From an uncultured Lactobacillales bacterium (GTDB taxonomy: Bacteria; Pseudomonadota; Alphaproteobacteria; CAAHEQ01; UBA3637), in contig CAZXTR010000001.1 of assembly GCA_964643615.1 (NCBI GenBank), positions 1,923 through 65,922 on the forward strand: a stretch of DNA of 64,000 nt, given 5' to 3'. Below, piece after piece: positions 20,244 to 32,955 of the stretch; positions within the stretch are counted from its first letter, which is position 1; the number at the start of each line of letters is the position of its first letter. The notes beneath the pieces are model-generated. The model saw only the letters and a list, made by a program, of their open reading frames with translations, made no database searches and was not told the DNA's origin. Both the position numbers and the translations under genes were made by a program.

Positions 20244-23033
20244 ATGTCAGAATTTCTTAAAATCAGAGGCGCCCGAGAACATAATCTTAAAAATGTGAAT
20301 GTCGATATTCCACGCAACAAATTGATTGTTATAACAGGATTGTCAGGTTCTGGAAAATCGTCACTTGCTTTCGATACTATTTATGCCGAAGGGCAACGCC
20401 GATATGTAGAAAGCTTATCAGCCTATGCCCGCCAGTTTTTGGATTTGATGAAAAAACCGGACGTTGATTCAATCGAAGGCCTCTCTCCCGCTATTTCTAT
20501 TGAACAGAAAACGACATCACAAAACCCACGCTCCACAGTCGGAACGATCACGGAAATTTATGATTACATGCGACTTTTATGGGCACGTATAGGAGTGCCT
20601 TATTCTCCAACAACAGGATTGCTCATTCAAAGTCAAACAATCACTCAAATGGTTGACCGCATTACCGCCTTGCCCGCTGGAACAAAAATTTATATTCTTG
20701 CTCCTATCATTCGTGGGCGCAAAGGCGAATACAAAAAAGAATTTAGCTCATGGCAAAAAAAAGGCTTTACTCGGGCTAAAGTTGACGGAATACTTTACGA
20801 TTTTAATGAAATCCCCAAATTAAACAAAAACAACGAGCATGATATCGAAATCGTTGTAGACCGAATTGTCGTCAAACCCAATATTCAAAAACGATTAGCC
20901 GATTCTCTAGAAACGACATTAAATTTATCGGATGGATTAGTAAAAATTGAAAACATATCTGACAAAAATGATTTTTTATTGTCTTCAAAGTTCGCCTGCC
21001 CCGTCAGCGGTTTTTCTATATCAAATATAGAACCTCGTTTGTTTTCATTTAACAATCCTCAAGGTGCTTGCCCAGCTTGTGGAGGATTGGGGGTTAAACT
21101 TTACATTGACCCTGAATTAGTCATTCCTGACAAAACAAAATCATTAAGAAGGGGCGCTATTGCTCCATGGACTTCCGCTAACGGAGATTTATATCAATGG
21201 TACGAATATGCCCTTAATTGCATGATACATACGTTAAATATTGATATCAACCAATCTTGGCAAGATTTACCTCTTGCTATTCAACAAGCCGTTTTATACG
21301 GGGTTAAAGGAAACAAGCGATTCGAAGGTGTGATCCCCAACATGGAACGCCGTTATTTAGAAACGGATTCAGAATGGATGCGAGAAGAAATTACAAAATA
21401 CCAAAACAATTCTCTATGTGAAATTTGCCATGGAGAACGACTTACTCCTGAAGCCTTATGCATTAAAATTAACGAAAAAAATATATCCGAAACAACCCAT
21501 CAATCCATTACAAGTGCTCTTAAGTGGTTTAAAGAAATTCAATTATCCCAAAAAGATTCCCAAATTGCCGAACGTATTTTGAAAGAGATTGTTGAACGAT
21601 TAACTTTTTTGAATAATGTTGGTTTAGGCTATTTAACTCTGGATCGTATCAGCGGAACACTTTCTGGTGGAGAAAGTCAACGTATTCGTTTAGCTTCGCA
21701 AATTGGTTCTGGATTGGCGGGGGTTTTGTATGTTTTAGATGAACCATCTATTGGGCTTCATCAACGGGATAATCAACAATTACTCGACACTTTAGGACAT
21801 TTGAAGGAATTAGGGAATACCGTTATTGTTGTTGAACACGATGAAGAAGCTATACGCCTAGCCGATTACGTTATTGATATGGGGCCCAAGGCAGGATTAA
21901 AGGGGGGAGAAATCATCGCACAAGGAACGCCTAAAGAAATTATAGCAAACCCCAACAGTATCACAGGACAATACTTATCGGGAGCCAAGGAAGTTAAAGT
22001 GCCAACAAAACGGCGTAAAGGAAATGGGCAAAAAATTACTATTACCGGCGCTAAAATGAATAATTTAAAAAATATTAGTGTTGATTTTTCTTTGGGTACA
22101 TTTACTTGCGTCACAGGCGTTTCTGGTGGAGGGAAATCATCACTTGTCATTGAAACGCTTTATAAAGGCATTGCAAAAATTTTGAATAAATCTCGGGAAA
22201 AGGCAGGATTACACGATTCTATTATCGGTGTTGGGTTAATTGACAAAATTATTGATATTAATCAAACGCCAATTGAACGAACACCTCGTTCTAATCCGGC
22301 AACATATACTGGTATGTTTGCGCCTATTCGCGATTGGTTCGCAGGGCTGCCCGAATCAAAATCTCGGGGATATAAGGCTGGACGTTTTTCGTTTAACGTC
22401 AAAGGCGGACGTTGCGAAGCTTGTCAAGGCGATGGCATTATTAAAATAGAAATGCATTTTTTGCCAGACGTATACGTTCAATGTGACCAATGCCATGGGA
22501 AACGCTATAATCAAGAAACTCAAGAAATTACATTTAAAGATAAATCGATCGCTGATATTCTAGAAATGACTGTCGATGAAGCCTGTGACTTTTTTGAAGC
22601 TATGCCCTCTATTCGTGATAAATGCGATTTGTTGCGCAAAGTTGGTTTAGGATATATTCAATTGGGTCAATCTGCTTCCACTTTATCTGGCGGAGAAGCC
22701 CAGCGCATCAAGCTGGCAAAAGAATTATCAAAACGCGCTACAGGGAAAACGTTGTATATTTTAGACGAACCAACAACAGGATTGCACTTCGCAGACATTC
22801 AAAAATTGTTGAATGTGTTGCAGGCTTTGGTTGACCAAGGCAATACTGTTGTTGTTATTGAACATAATTTAGATGTTATTAAAACGGCTGATTATATTAT
22901 TGACTTAGGTCCAGAAGGAGGCGACAAAGGCGGAAACATAGTTGCTACGGGGACCCCCGAAGAAATTGCTTTATGCGAAAAAAGTTATACAGGGCAATAT
23001 TTGAAAAAGGTATTGAAAAATGCCCACATTTGA
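20244..23033 (+). CDS. uvrA: Excinuclease ABC subunit A
   Basis: 929 aa with two ABC ATPase modules ([23 protein letters not shown]) and zinc-finger cysteines. Confidence 0.95.
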   Translation: MSEFLKIRGAREHNLKNVNVDIPRNKLIVITGLSGSGKSSLAFDTIYAEGQRRYVESLSAYARQFLDLMKKPDVDSIEGLSPAISIEQKTTSQNPRSTVGTITEIYDYMRLLWARIGVPYSPTTGLLIQSQTITQMVDRITALPAGTKIYILAPIIRGRKGEYKKEFSSWQKKGFTRAKVDGILYDFNEIPKLNKNNEHDIEIVVDRIVVKPNIQKRLADSLETTLNLSDGLVKIENISDKNDFLLSSKFACPVSGFSISNIEPRLFSFNNPQGACPACGGLGVKLYIDPELVIPDKTKSLRRGAIAPWTSANGDLYQWYEYALNCMIHTLNIDINQSWQDLPLAIQQAVLYGVKGNKRFEGVIPNMERRYLETDSEWMREEITKYQNNSLCEICHGERLTPEALCIKINEKNISETTHQSITSALKWFKEIQLSQKDSQIAERILKEIVERLTFLNNVGLGYLTLDRISGTLSGGESQRIRLASQIGSGLAGVLYVLDEPSIGLHQRDNQQLLDTLGHLKELGNTVIVVEHDEEAIRLADYVIDMGPKAGLKGGEIIAQGTPKEIIANPNSITGQYLSGAKEVKVPTKRRKGNGQKITITGAKMNNLKNISVDFSLGTFTCVTGVSGGGKSSLVIETLYKGIAKILNKSREKAGLHDSIIGVGLIDKIIDINQTPIERTPRSNPATYTGMFAPIRDWFAGLPESKSRGYKAGRFSFNVKGGRCEACQGDGIIKIEMHFLPDVYVQCDQCHGKRYNQETQEITFKDKSIADILEMTVDEACDFFEAMPSIRDKCDLLRKVGLGYIQLGQSASTLSGGEAQRIKLAKELSKRATGKTLYILDEPTTGLHFADIQKLLNVLQALVDQGNTVVVIEHNLDVIKTADYIIDLGPEGGDKGGNIVATGTPEEIALCEKSYTGQYLKKVLKNAHI

Positions 23034-23655
23034 TATTGAAACATCTTTAGGAATACATGGTTTTATCGCAGGAGTTGACGAAGCGGGACGAGGACCTTGG
23101 GCTGGTCCTGTTGTAGCAGGCGCTGTTGTTTTCCCAAATTTAAAAATTGCATCTAAATTGGCTTGTCAAATTAATGATTCAAAAAAATTAAACCGTCAAA
23201 AAAGGGAAAGTTTGTTTGAAGCATTATTTCAAAGTGGCGCTTTAATCGGGGTAGGACAATCGTCGGTGAAAGAAATTGATTCTCTCAACATTTTACAAGC
23301 TACCTTTTTAGCAATGCATCGTGCCGTAGAACAAATAGAACTCCAAAACCCTGTTGCTTTTACTTTAATTGACGGCAACCGATTACCAAAACACAATTGG
23401 GAATGGCCATCCAAGCCCGTTATCAAAGGCGACTCTATTTGTCTTTCCATTTCTGCAGGATCTATTATTGCAAAAGTCTCTCGGGACAGAATTATGGCTC
23501 AACTAGCTATACAATACCCTTATTATGCATGGGAGAAAAATGCGGGGTATGGCGTCCCCACACATATCGAAGGGCTTATTAAATACGGGGTTTCGCCATA
23601 TCATCGCCGTTCTTATGCCCCTATTGCAAAATTTCTTTCAAAGGAATCAATTTAA
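23020..23655 (+). CDS. rnhB: Ribonuclease HII
   Basis: [15 protein letters not shown] active-site motif; 211 aa; 14-nt overlap with uvrA. Confidence 0.9.
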   Translation: MPTFDIETSLGIHGFIAGVDEAGRGPWAGPVVAGAVVFPNLKIASKLACQINDSKKLNRQKRESLFEALFQSGALIGVGQSSVKEIDSLNILQATFLAMHRAVEQIELQNPVAFTLIDGNRLPKHNWEWPSKPVIKGDSICLSISAGSIIAKVSRDRIMAQLAIQYPYYAWEKNAGYGVPTHIEGLIKYGVSPYHRRSYAPIAKFLSKESI

Positions 23656-24821
23656 TCACGCTCATGTACTTGATTATTCCTACCATCTAAAAAAGGATTG
23701 CCGGGCCAAACAACTTTTTTCTTTTGAGACAACTGGCACCCTCTTAAAGCCCTAGAAGAAGTTAGCACTTCTATAACCTCATTAAGGCTGTCACGCGGGG
23801 AAACAAGATTGGCAATAACATTATGGCTACAAATAAAATCATTTCCTTGACGTCCATATTCTTTATTAAGCTTCCCCTTTATTTTGTCTCGGCACGCAGA
23901 GGCATAATCCATCAAAGTTAATCCGCTTTGATTTGTGTAATTAATATTGTTTAAACAGGGTAAAAACTTTTTAAAGGTTGATAAATCAGAATTTTTAATT
24001 GATTTTTTTAAACAATTAAAAAAGTTATTATTGACTTTTAAACACAACGGTTCTTGCATTGTTTGTTTAAAATCTTTTCCCCCTTGAAAAGCTTGACGAA
24101 TTTGGTTTAACTTTGCTATTTCAAATCCCAACTTATATGCATCTTTAGAACGTGTTGTTTCCCTTTTTCTTTGCGCCTCTGCTTCCTTCAATGTTTGGGT
24201 TTTTGTTGTTAAAGTTCTTTGGGCTTTTTTTTCAAAAATTCTTTGAGCTTTTGCTCTTTGTTCCCTCATTATTTTTGAAATAATATAGACAAATCTTTTT
24301 ATTGTATTTGGGGAAAGAGTTTTGCTGTACATGGCAACTTTTTTTGTGTCGAATTCTCGAACATTCAACAATTCCAATTTCTTTTCTAAATCTTCGACCT
24401 CCGTCGCAGTTAGAGGAATAATAGTCTCTTCTTTTCGTTGCGGAATAGGACTGTCATTAGACAAATGTGGATACCGATAACATTTTCCATATCCATTAAT
24501 ATATTTTGAAATACCAATATCGTCCAACACTTTTTGAATCCTTAAAAAGGCTCCTTTTTTCTTGCCCAATTCAAATGCCAGCTTCGAATTTCTTTCATAA
24601 ATAGCTTCCTTCAATTCTTTGTCATATTGAATTGAAAAGATCGCCATGTGATCCAACAACGTTTTGCAAGTATAAAGTTTATTCTTTATTTGTGGTGCAT
24701 ATGCCAAAAAAGCATTTGATTCAAAAAGGGAATAATTCCCTGCCTTAACGGCTTTCAATAAATTTTGAAAGGAAAAAACACATTGCGATTTTAATGGTAC
24801 AACAACCTGTTTATCTAACAT
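23652..24821 (-). CDS. Hypothetical protein with a coiled-coil/basic central region and an ankyrin-like C-terminal segment
   Basis: Start taken at the internal Met (RBS AGAGG) to avoid overlap. C-terminal NNINYTNQSGLTLMDYASA resembles an ankyrin repeat core; the central region is K/E/R/Q-rich. No family recognised. Confidence 0.45.
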   Translation of the reverse strand: MLDKQVVVPLKSQCVFSFQNLLKAVKAGNYSLFESNAFLAYAPQIKNKLYTCKTLLDHMAIFSIQYDKELKEAIYERNSKLAFELGKKKGAFLRIQKVLDDIGISKYINGYGKCYRYPHLSNDSPIPQRKEETIIPLTATEVEDLEKKLELLNVREFDTKKVAMYSKTLSPNTIKRFVYIISKIMREQRAKAQRIFEKKAQRTLTTKTQTLKEAEAQRKRETTRSKDAYKLGFEIAKLNQIRQAFQGGKDFKQTMQEPLCLKVNNNFFNCLKKSIKNSDLSTFKKFLPCLNNINYTNQSGLTLMDYASACRDKIKGKLNKEYGRQGNDFICSHNVIANLVSPRDSLNEVIEVLTSSRALRGCQLSQKKKVVWPGNPFLDGRNNQVHERD

Positions 24822-24853
24822 TTTTACCTCTATTTTCAATAAGTTACAAAATT

Positions 24854-25246
24854 TTACACAATTACGCGCCCATGCCCACAATCCTGCCGCATGGGATATT
24901 TCTTGTGACAAACTGTCGATATTTTTGGTGGCAGTTGAGGGCCTTGTTTCGCTCCGCTAGCTTCCAACATTTTTCTTATTATCGTTAATTGTCCGATAGT
25001 AAAACCTATCCTATAAAGAGCGTTTAAATCATTTTCTTTTTGTAACATATCGGCGAGTTTATTTTTCAAATTCTGATTTCTAAAATCAACATAATCCAAT
25101 AACGTCCAGCCGTTGGCATCTCGATGATTAATATCTTTTACAGATGTTAATGCATATTCAAATGGATTTGAATTTCCACGTATGATATTTGCCTTTAACA
25201 TTTGAAATATTCTATCTTGCGTACCACTTTTATTTAATTTTTTCAT
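24854..25246 (-). CDS. Small hypothetical protein with an ankyrin-like motif
   Basis: Start at ATG 25244-25246 with RBS AAGGAA. DINHRDANGWTLLDYVDF fits the ankyrin D-x-x-G-x-T-x-L core. Divergent from ccrM. Confidence 0.45.
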   Translation of the reverse strand: MKKLNKSGTQDRIFQMLKANIIRGNSNPFEYALTSVKDINHRDANGWTLLDYVDFRNQNLKNKLADMLQKENDLNALYRIGFTIGQLTIIRKMLEASGAKQGPQLPPKISTVCHKKYPMRQDCGHGRVIV

Positions 25247-25539
25247 TTTAATTTCCTTTTTTATTCTTTTATATGTTGGCGTCATTTTTGTTTTTCAATA
25301 AAAACTTACTTATCCCCTCTGACAATTGCCTCTTTTAATTTCCATATAAAGTACAATTGTGGAACCCTTGAGTTTATAAGATATTGCACTTCGATTGACG
25401 TCATTGTATCCCTTAAAAGTTAGGGAGTATATCATATATATTACAAAAACGCAACTTTTTTGTCCATATTTTTAATATTCTCACACAAAATTAACAAAAT
25501 AAAAAAAACGACTCGATCTGGATTTTATTAACAAAATAG

Positions 25540-26685
<1,146 letters not shown>

Positions 26686-27544
26686 AATAGTTAATTTTTA
26701 TTTTTTTGTACAAATCTTTTCGATATACGAGACAAAGAAATACTAGATATAAGTAGATTTAAGTTCTTTTAAGAATAACGTCTTAATTGGATTCCCCCCC
26801 CTTGTCGAAAGATTCTTTTTCTCGAATCGAGACATAAATTGAATCGAACAAATCAACAATATCTGGCTTTAATGTAAAATATTTTTTATGAAAGGACTCT
26901 AAATGATTGAGACACGTAAAATCTTAACTAAAAATTAAACCACAGATTAAAACAAGCCGTTTCTTGTTATAATCTTGATGCGATAACGTATGCTTTGATT
27001 TGAGGGCAAAAATTATCCTCCGTATCAAGATAGAGAAAAAACACCATTTTCGATATTACATTTCAGAGGTATCAAAAAGCAGCGGCGCTCCTGATAAAAG
27101 AATAGCTATAGAAATTTTAATTTGGCCTTTGGATGCGCAGAGGAATGCCTTATGACAAAAAGAAGTCTTTAGGGGAAAAGGATATTTTTTTGATTTGTTT
27201 AAACAAGCTATTTTTAAATAAAACCCAAAGATATTAGAAACCTTATATAAAAAAGATTTCATATACAAAAACTCATTAACAAAGAGAGGAAATCTTTACT
27301 AGATATCTCCATTCAACATCAACAATTCTTGGAACGTGCAAATAATGAATGGGAAAGGTTAGCTTTAGATTGCAGCTTTTTAAGAGAACAGTAATTCCAA
27401 ACATAAAAATAAACACACCCCAACGAAAAAATTATCTATCGCTAAAACAATTGATGATAGAATGCGCATATATTGAATTAGGTTGACTTTTTGCCTTTTT
27501 TATGTTATCATGCCTTCCTTGATAAACGAAGAGGACATTCTATA

Positions 27545-27853
27545 ATGTATAATGATAAAGTAACTCAAGATTTTGTCGCGCGTCTCTCTCTTTCGCCCAG
27601 GGAAACAAGCAACGAAGAAATTAAGATTGTCTTACAAGCTGTCCTCGACCTAAACAACCATCAAACCTTTGATACAATAGGAAGAACCTCCTTAATGCTT
27701 TTGGCAGGGGGAAAGCCTTCTGCTAAAAGCACCAAAACCAATCTTACTATTAGAAGGAAAACTTATGATTCTCTCTTCCCTTTAATCTATCCGAAAAAGG
27801 TTGTAACGAAAGAATCCTCCTATCAATCAAACAATAAAATTCTAACAAGATAA
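27545..27853 (+). CDS. Small ankyrin-like protein, family member A
   Basis: Start MYNDKVTQDF, paralogous to the next ORF (KYNDEVTSAF). Ankyrin-like core GRTSLMLLAGG. RBS GAGGA. Confidence 0.45.
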   Translation: MYNDKVTQDFVARLSLSPRETSNEEIKIVLQAVLDLNNHQTFDTIGRTSLMLLAGGKPSAKSTKTNLTIRRKTYDSLFPLIYPKKVVTKESSYQSNNKILTR

Positions 27854-27865
27854 ATAAGGATTTTT

Positions 27866-28348
27866 ATGACGCACTGTAATAAAAGAAAATACAATGATGA
27901 AGTAACGTCTGCGTTCATCGCACTTTGTTCCAATCCGAATGCAAAAATCGATGGAAAAATCATTAAAAATGCCCTAAGAAATGGGTTCAATCCAAACAGT
28001 CAAGAATTTGATTGTCAAAAAAGAACACCTTTAATGCTTTTAATAGAAAAGCATGCCGAAGTTGTCGAGGTCTTTATAAAGGTTTGTAAAATCAAGGGAC
28101 AGACTTTAGACACAACGAAATGTGATACCTTTGGATTTGACACAAAGGATTATGCAAAGGTCACGCGTTCCGTCTTAACAGATCAAGAAATAGGAAATAA
28201 AGTTTACGATACAATCTCAACTTTAATAAGTTCAGAATCCCAAATTGACCAAAAAATGCGACAACATTCATCAATTCCAGTGCAGAATATTGTATATAAA
28301 CCACGCAACGGACTTAACCAACAACACAAGAGATCGTTGCAAAGATAG
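27866..28348 (+). CDS. Small ankyrin-like protein, family member B
   Basis: 160 aa; NGFNPNSQEFDCQKRTPLMLLIEKHAEVVEVFIK fits an ankyrin repeat. RBS TAAGGA 6 nt upstream. Confidence 0.5.
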   Translation: MTHCNKRKYNDEVTSAFIALCSNPNAKIDGKIIKNALRNGFNPNSQEFDCQKRTPLMLLIEKHAEVVEVFIKVCKIKGQTLDTTKCDTFGFDTKDYAKVTRSVLTDQEIGNKVYDTISTLISSESQIDQKMRQHSSIPVQNIVYKPRNGLNQQHKRSLQR

Positions 28349-28429
28349 ATCAAACTATTAACTCAATTTACCCACACGCTCCAATGGTGCGCGATTGCGG
28401 TGTTTTTATTTTTAAAAAGGACAAAACGT

Positions 28430-28780
28430 ATGATCCCGGATCAAAGAACAAAAATACAAAAAACAACAGAGGAAATAACTACCCTTTATAATTTATCACA
28501 AGAAGATAGGCAAAAATTACAACGAATCAGAAAATCAGATGGGCAATTGCAAGTATTTTTAACAAATCTCATTATATGGAACGCTCTTGGGCACATCCAA
28601 TACTTTTTAAGCAAATATCCAGAAGCAACTGATGTCGCACCTAAAAACCGCAGAACATGGGCTCAAGAAGCAAAAGAATATAGCAGAAACCCAGAAATCG
28701 TAGAGTTTTTAAACTCTCACATTCAACAACGAGAACAATTAAAAAGAAAGACTCGAACGTTCGAAAAACAAAAAGAATAG
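28430..28780 (+). CDS. Small hypothetical protein, same array, weak ankyrin-like segment
   Basis: Start at internal ATG with RBS AAGGA. NALGHIQYFLSKYPEATD resembles an ankyrin helix-turn. Weak. Confidence 0.35.
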   Translation: MIPDQRTKIQKTTEEITTLYNLSQEDRQKLQRIRKSDGQLQVFLTNLIIWNALGHIQYFLSKYPEATDVAPKNRRTWAQEAKEYSRNPEIVEFLNSHIQQREQLKRKTRTFEKQKE

Positions 28781-29020
28781 AAAACTATTCGTAACGCCTC
28801 TGCGATATCTTCTAAAGAAAAAATCAACCACCTTCATAAAAAGCACAACGGCTGATCAAACGAACAACCATCCATCGATGCCTGTCGAAATTTTGTTCCA
28901 TAGTATGCATAATAAAACATAAATTTATTATAAAATCCTTTGTTGTAAATTTTGTTTGATTTTTTCTATTTTTTAAAGTACAGTGTGAATAGGATTTCGT
29001 TCTATTTAAAGGAGATACCT

Positions 29021-29347
29021 ATGCAACAAAAAACTTTAAATGAAAAGAAAAATAAACTAAACCACTTGAAATGCCAAGTAGATTTATGGAGAGCGGTTCA
29101 GTTGAACAACCCTTATTTGTTAAAAATATCTTTAGACGGCAGGAAGCCCTATATTGATATTAATGAAAAAATGGGAAATGAAACCCTTTTGGATAGAGCC
29201 AAATCTTACAAAAAAAATCGAGTTATCCCTATTTTAGTTCGTTATGGCGCAATAACGAGTGACGAGATTCGTCGTATTCAACGACATAATAAAAATATTG
29301 ACCTTCAAAAAGGCCAAACGGAAATAAGGTATAAAACATTAAATTAA
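29021..29347 (+). CDS. Small ankyrin-like protein, family member D
   Basis: Start MQQKTLNE with strong RBS AAAGGAG. GNETLLDRAKSYKKNRVIPILVRYGA fits an ankyrin repeat. Confidence 0.45.
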   Translation: MQQKTLNEKKNKLNHLKCQVDLWRAVQLNNPYLLKISLDGRKPYIDINEKMGNETLLDRAKSYKKNRVIPILVRYGAITSDEIRRIQRHNKNIDLQKGQTEIRYKTLN

Positions 29348-29528
29348 TGAAATGGTTATGAAAAGTTCAAGGAGCTCAACAAAAAAAATCGGTGCCAAAG
29401 AGATTGTACATTTCCTTCGAAAAAAAGAATCAAGAACAACTTTTAAATTAATGCCGAAAGCGCATCTAACAAATCGCGGGCCCCATTATCGGCCTACCAG
29501 CTCTCTCAAATATAGTTAAGGACAATTG

Positions 29529-29927
29529 ATGGAACAACAAACTGATGATTTTAATGAAAAACAAACACGAAAAATGGCTAGATGGCTTTCTTTCAGAGGA
29601 AAGATTCCTCCCAATAAAATTTCCGAATGTATTCATTTAAAAGGAAACCCAAATGGACACATTAAAGATTTAAGCTTTTTAACAGTTGCTATTGTTTGGC
29701 ATCCTGAAGTTTTCTATGAATTTATAAATGGTGGAGCCAACATCAACGAAGAAAATATTTTCGGGCGCACTCCTTTAGATAATGCAAACCAATGTTTTCT
29801 TACGTCGTTGAACACACCTGCTCGTGATACCTATAGAAAAATTATCGATGTTTTAAAGAAAAACGGCGCAAAAAGCAAAGTAGCAGAAAGACAGGTTTTG
29901 GCGATTCTTTCGGGAAAAGGAAGATGA
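29529..29927 (+). CDS. Small ankyrin-like protein, family member E (about 1.5 repeats)
   Basis: LTVAIVWHPEVFYEFINGGANINEENIFGRTPLDNA matches the ankyrin consensus closely. RBS TAAGGA. Its stop lies 3 nt before the rlmE start. Confidence 0.55.
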   Translation: MEQQTDDFNEKQTRKMARWLSFRGKIPPNKISECIHLKGNPNGHIKDLSFLTVAIVWHPEVFYEFINGGANINEENIFGRTPLDNANQCFLTSLNTPARDTYRKIIDVLKKNGAKSKVAERQVLAILSGKGR

Positions 29928-29930
29928 TAA

Positions 29931-30614
29931 ATGCCATCCTCTTCCCACCTTCACACCCGCTTAAAAACAGCAAAAGGTCGTAAACCATCGTCCATTCGGT
30001 GGCTACAACGGCAATTAAATGACCCCTATGTAGAAGAAGCAAAAAAACAAGGGTACCGTGGGAGAGCTGCCTTTAAAATTATTGAATTAGACGACCAATT
30101 CCATTTTTTTAAACAAGGTGCATGTATTGTAGATTTGGGCTGTGCCCCCGGTGGCTGGACACAAGTGGCCGTTCAACGGACTCTTTCGACCAACGCAAGG
30201 CCAAATATCTTTGGTATTGACATTTTGCCCACAAAATCCATAGAAGGAGCGGTTCTTTTGCAGATGGACTTTACCGACAATAACGCCTCTAAAGCCTTAA
30301 AAGATTTAATGCCTGGCTCGGGGGCCGACGTTGTTATGAGTGATATGGCAGCCAACACCACAGGCATTACTTCTATTGATCACTTAAGAACTATGCATTT
30401 AATCGAAATAGCGTATGATTTTGCTTGCCAAGTTTTAAAACCTAAGGGATGGTTTATTGCTAAAATTTTTGCAGGGGGAACAGATTCTTCTTTGTTAAAA
30501 AACATGAAGCAAAATTTTGCTTTAGTTAAACATATCAAACCTTCAGCAAGTCGTAAACAATCTGTGGAATACTATGTAGTAGCAAAGGGTTTTAAATGCA
30601 CCTTGAAGAAATAA
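29931..30614 (+). CDS. rlmE: 23S rRNA (uridine-2'-O)-methyltransferase RlmE (FtsJ/RrmJ)
   Basis: FtsJ motifs GYRGRAAFKIIELD, VVDLGCAPGGW, and K-D-K-E catalytic residues. Confidence 0.9.
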   Translation: MPSSSHLHTRLKTAKGRKPSSIRWLQRQLNDPYVEEAKKQGYRGRAAFKIIELDDQFHFFKQGACIVDLGCAPGGWTQVAVQRTLSTNARPNIFGIDILPTKSIEGAVLLQMDFTDNNASKALKDLMPGSGADVVMSDMAANTTGITSIDHLRTMHLIEIAYDFACQVLKPKGWFIAKIFAGGTDSSLLKNMKQNFALVKHIKPSASRKQSVEYYVVAKGFKCTLKK

Positions 30615-31663
30615 AAAAAGCTACCTTATCTTTATTGACGGAAATTTTTCAAAGCCGTTGTCCTGCATCAGAAATTATTTCTTGTTATACTCGATCAAGA
30701 CGCTATATCGGTTCAAAAGATCGCCATTTATTGACGGATATGGTATGGAAAGCCATTCGTTATCATGCGCACCTTGAATTTCAAACCCACAATTTCGAAG
30801 AACAACTTTGTTTATTGGATAATATTGAGAATTTACCCTCGATGCCCGATTGGGTCAAATGGGAATGTCCCGAATGGATCATTCCTCACATCCCCAATGC
30901 AGATAAAGAATTACCAGCCTTGATTTCTTCAGCTCCTATTGTTTTACGTGTTAATGGAGATAGGAATGCTGTTCAAAAAAAGTTGCATGACGAAGGAATT
31001 GAAACCGAATATACTTTACTTTCTCCGTTTGGGTTAGTTTTAAAAAAGCGCACAAATTTAGAGACTTCTGCGTGCTACAAACAAGGCTTGATAGAAATTC
31101 AAGACGAAGGTTCTCAATTGGTGGCAATCGAGGCAACCGTCAAACCAAATGAACATATTTTTGATATGTGTGCTGGCGCAGGAGGAAAAAGTTTAATTTT
31201 TTCTCAATTAATGCATAATAGAGGACATATCACCGCCTATGATATTTCATCCATAAGTTTATCCAAATTGCAAAAAAGGGCACAGCGTGCCCATGCTAGG
31301 AATATTTATATTACGCACACATTGCCATACACAATGTTTGACCTGGTCGTTGTAGATGCACCTTGCTCTGGAACAGGAACATGGCGTAGGTGCCCTGATG
31401 CTAAATGGAAAATCACTCCTGAACAATTAGCTTCGCTTGTAAAAAAACAATCTGAAATTTTGGACTTGGCTTGTACCTTGTCTAAAGAACGGCTTTGTTA
31501 TATAACATGTTCTTTGACTTTGGATGAAAACGAAAATCAAGTAGATTATTTTCTTAATCGCCACAAAGAATGGACATGTATTAAACAAAAACGTTTTTCT
31601 CCTTATTTTAACAATACTGATGGTTTTTTCGTTGCTGTTTTAAAAAGAAAAGAATCTGTATAG
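30596..31663 (+). CDS. RsmB/NOP2/Sun-family rRNA m5C methyltransferase with NusB-like N-terminal domain
   Basis: FDLVVVDAPCSGTGTWRR and PCS/TC motifs of the Sun family. Confidence 0.8.
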   Translation: MHLEEIKKATLSLLTEIFQSRCPASEIISCYTRSRRYIGSKDRHLLTDMVWKAIRYHAHLEFQTHNFEEQLCLLDNIENLPSMPDWVKWECPEWIIPHIPNADKELPALISSAPIVLRVNGDRNAVQKKLHDEGIETEYTLLSPFGLVLKKRTNLETSACYKQGLIEIQDEGSQLVAIEATVKPNEHIFDMCAGAGGKSLIFSQLMHNRGHITAYDISSISLSKLQKRAQRAHARNIYITHTLPYTMFDLVVVDAPCSGTGTWRRCPDAKWKITPEQLASLVKKQSEILDLACTLSKERLCYITCSLTLDENENQVDYFLNRHKEWTCIKQKRFSPYFNNTDGFFVAVLKRKESV

Positions 31664-31758
31664 CTCTATTTTTCGCTAACAGACAATAAAAAAAACTTGG
31701 CTTTTAAAACAAATCTTTGTAAGATGCTTCTATTGCATTTAATCAAGAAAGGAAAAAA

Positions 31759-32955
31759 ATGGCAAAATTTAAAACGCTTGACGATTTAGAAAACGTCAAA
31801 GGGCAAACGGTTTTTGTTCGTGCAGATTTAAATGTCCCCGCCAAAGACGGCATCGTTACGGACACAACACGTATTGACCGTTTTGTGCCTACAATGGTGG
31901 AATTGGCAAATAAAGGAGCGAAAGTCATTGTAGCTTCGCATTTTGGTCGTCCAAAAGGGCAAAAAAATGCTGAATTTTCTTTAGCCTTTATCACCCCCGT
32001 AATGGAAAAAGCATCCGGAAAAAAGATAACCTTTGTTGATGATTGTGTGGGTGAAATTGCTCAAACCGCCATCAATCATATGAACGATGGGGACATTGTT
32101 TTATTAGAAAATTTACGTTTCTATACAGGAGAAGAAGAAAATAATGCCACGTTTGCCGAAGCTTTAGCAAGCGAGATAGATATTTACGTTGATGATGCTT
32201 TTTCAACAGCACATCGGGCACATGCATCAACGGCAGGGATGACAGCATTTGTCCCCATTAAAGTGGCTGGGCGTTTAATGCAGGAAGAATTAGAAACACT
32301 TGATAAAGCATTGGGTAATCCTGTACGCCCATCAGCTGCCTTGGTTGGCGGGTCAAAGGTTTCTACAAAGTTGGATTTGTTATCTAACCTTGTTAAAAAA
32401 GTGGATTACTTGTTAATTGGCGGAGGTATGGCGCACACATTTTTAGCGGCAACTGGAATCCCTATGGGGGCAGGTTCTTTGGTTGAACCGAGTATGATTG
32501 ACACCGCTAAAAATATCATAGAAAATGCGGATAATTGCAAAATTGTTTTGCCCGTTGATATTGTTTGGGCGAATGCTTTTGGCGAAGGACAAACACCACA
32601 TACGTCGGACATTCATCACCTCCCCGAAGGCAAAGTCTTGCTCGACATCGGCCAAGAATCAATAAAGAAGTTTATTCGCGTAATTAAAGAATGCAAAACA
32701 TTGATTTGGAACGGGCCTGTGGGCGCTTTTGAAATTAAACCTTTTGATAAAGCAACTAATGAAATTGCAAAAGCTGTCGCCCAATTGACCATAGAAGGGA
32801 AATTAACGTCTGTAGCCGGCGGGGGAGATACTGTATCTGCTTTAAAAAAAGCCAAGGCTGACGCTCAATTGACTTATGTTTCGGCTGCCGGAGGTGCTTT
32901 CCTTGAGTGGATGGAAGGCAAAAATTTACCTGGCGTAAAAGTTTTGGAAAAATAA
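31759..32955 (+). CDS. pgk: Phosphoglycerate kinase
   Basis: RADLNVP N-terminal motif and C-terminal GGGDT motif. Confidence 0.95.
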   Translation: MAKFKTLDDLENVKGQTVFVRADLNVPAKDGIVTDTTRIDRFVPTMVELANKGAKVIVASHFGRPKGQKNAEFSLAFITPVMEKASGKKITFVDDCVGEIAQTAINHMNDGDIVLLENLRFYTGEEENNATFAEALASEIDIYVDDAFSTAHRAHASTAGMTAFVPIKVAGRLMQEELETLDKALGNPVRPSAALVGGSKVSTKLDLLSNLVKKVDYLLIGGGMAHTFLAATGIPMGAGSLVEPSMIDTAKNIIENADNCKIVLPVDIVWANAFGEGQTPHTSDIHHLPEGKVLLDIGQESIKKFIRVIKECKTLIWNGPVGAFEIKPFDKATNEIAKAVAQLTIEGKLTSVAGGGDTVSALKKAKADAQLTYVSAAGGAFLEWMEGKNLPGVKVLEK

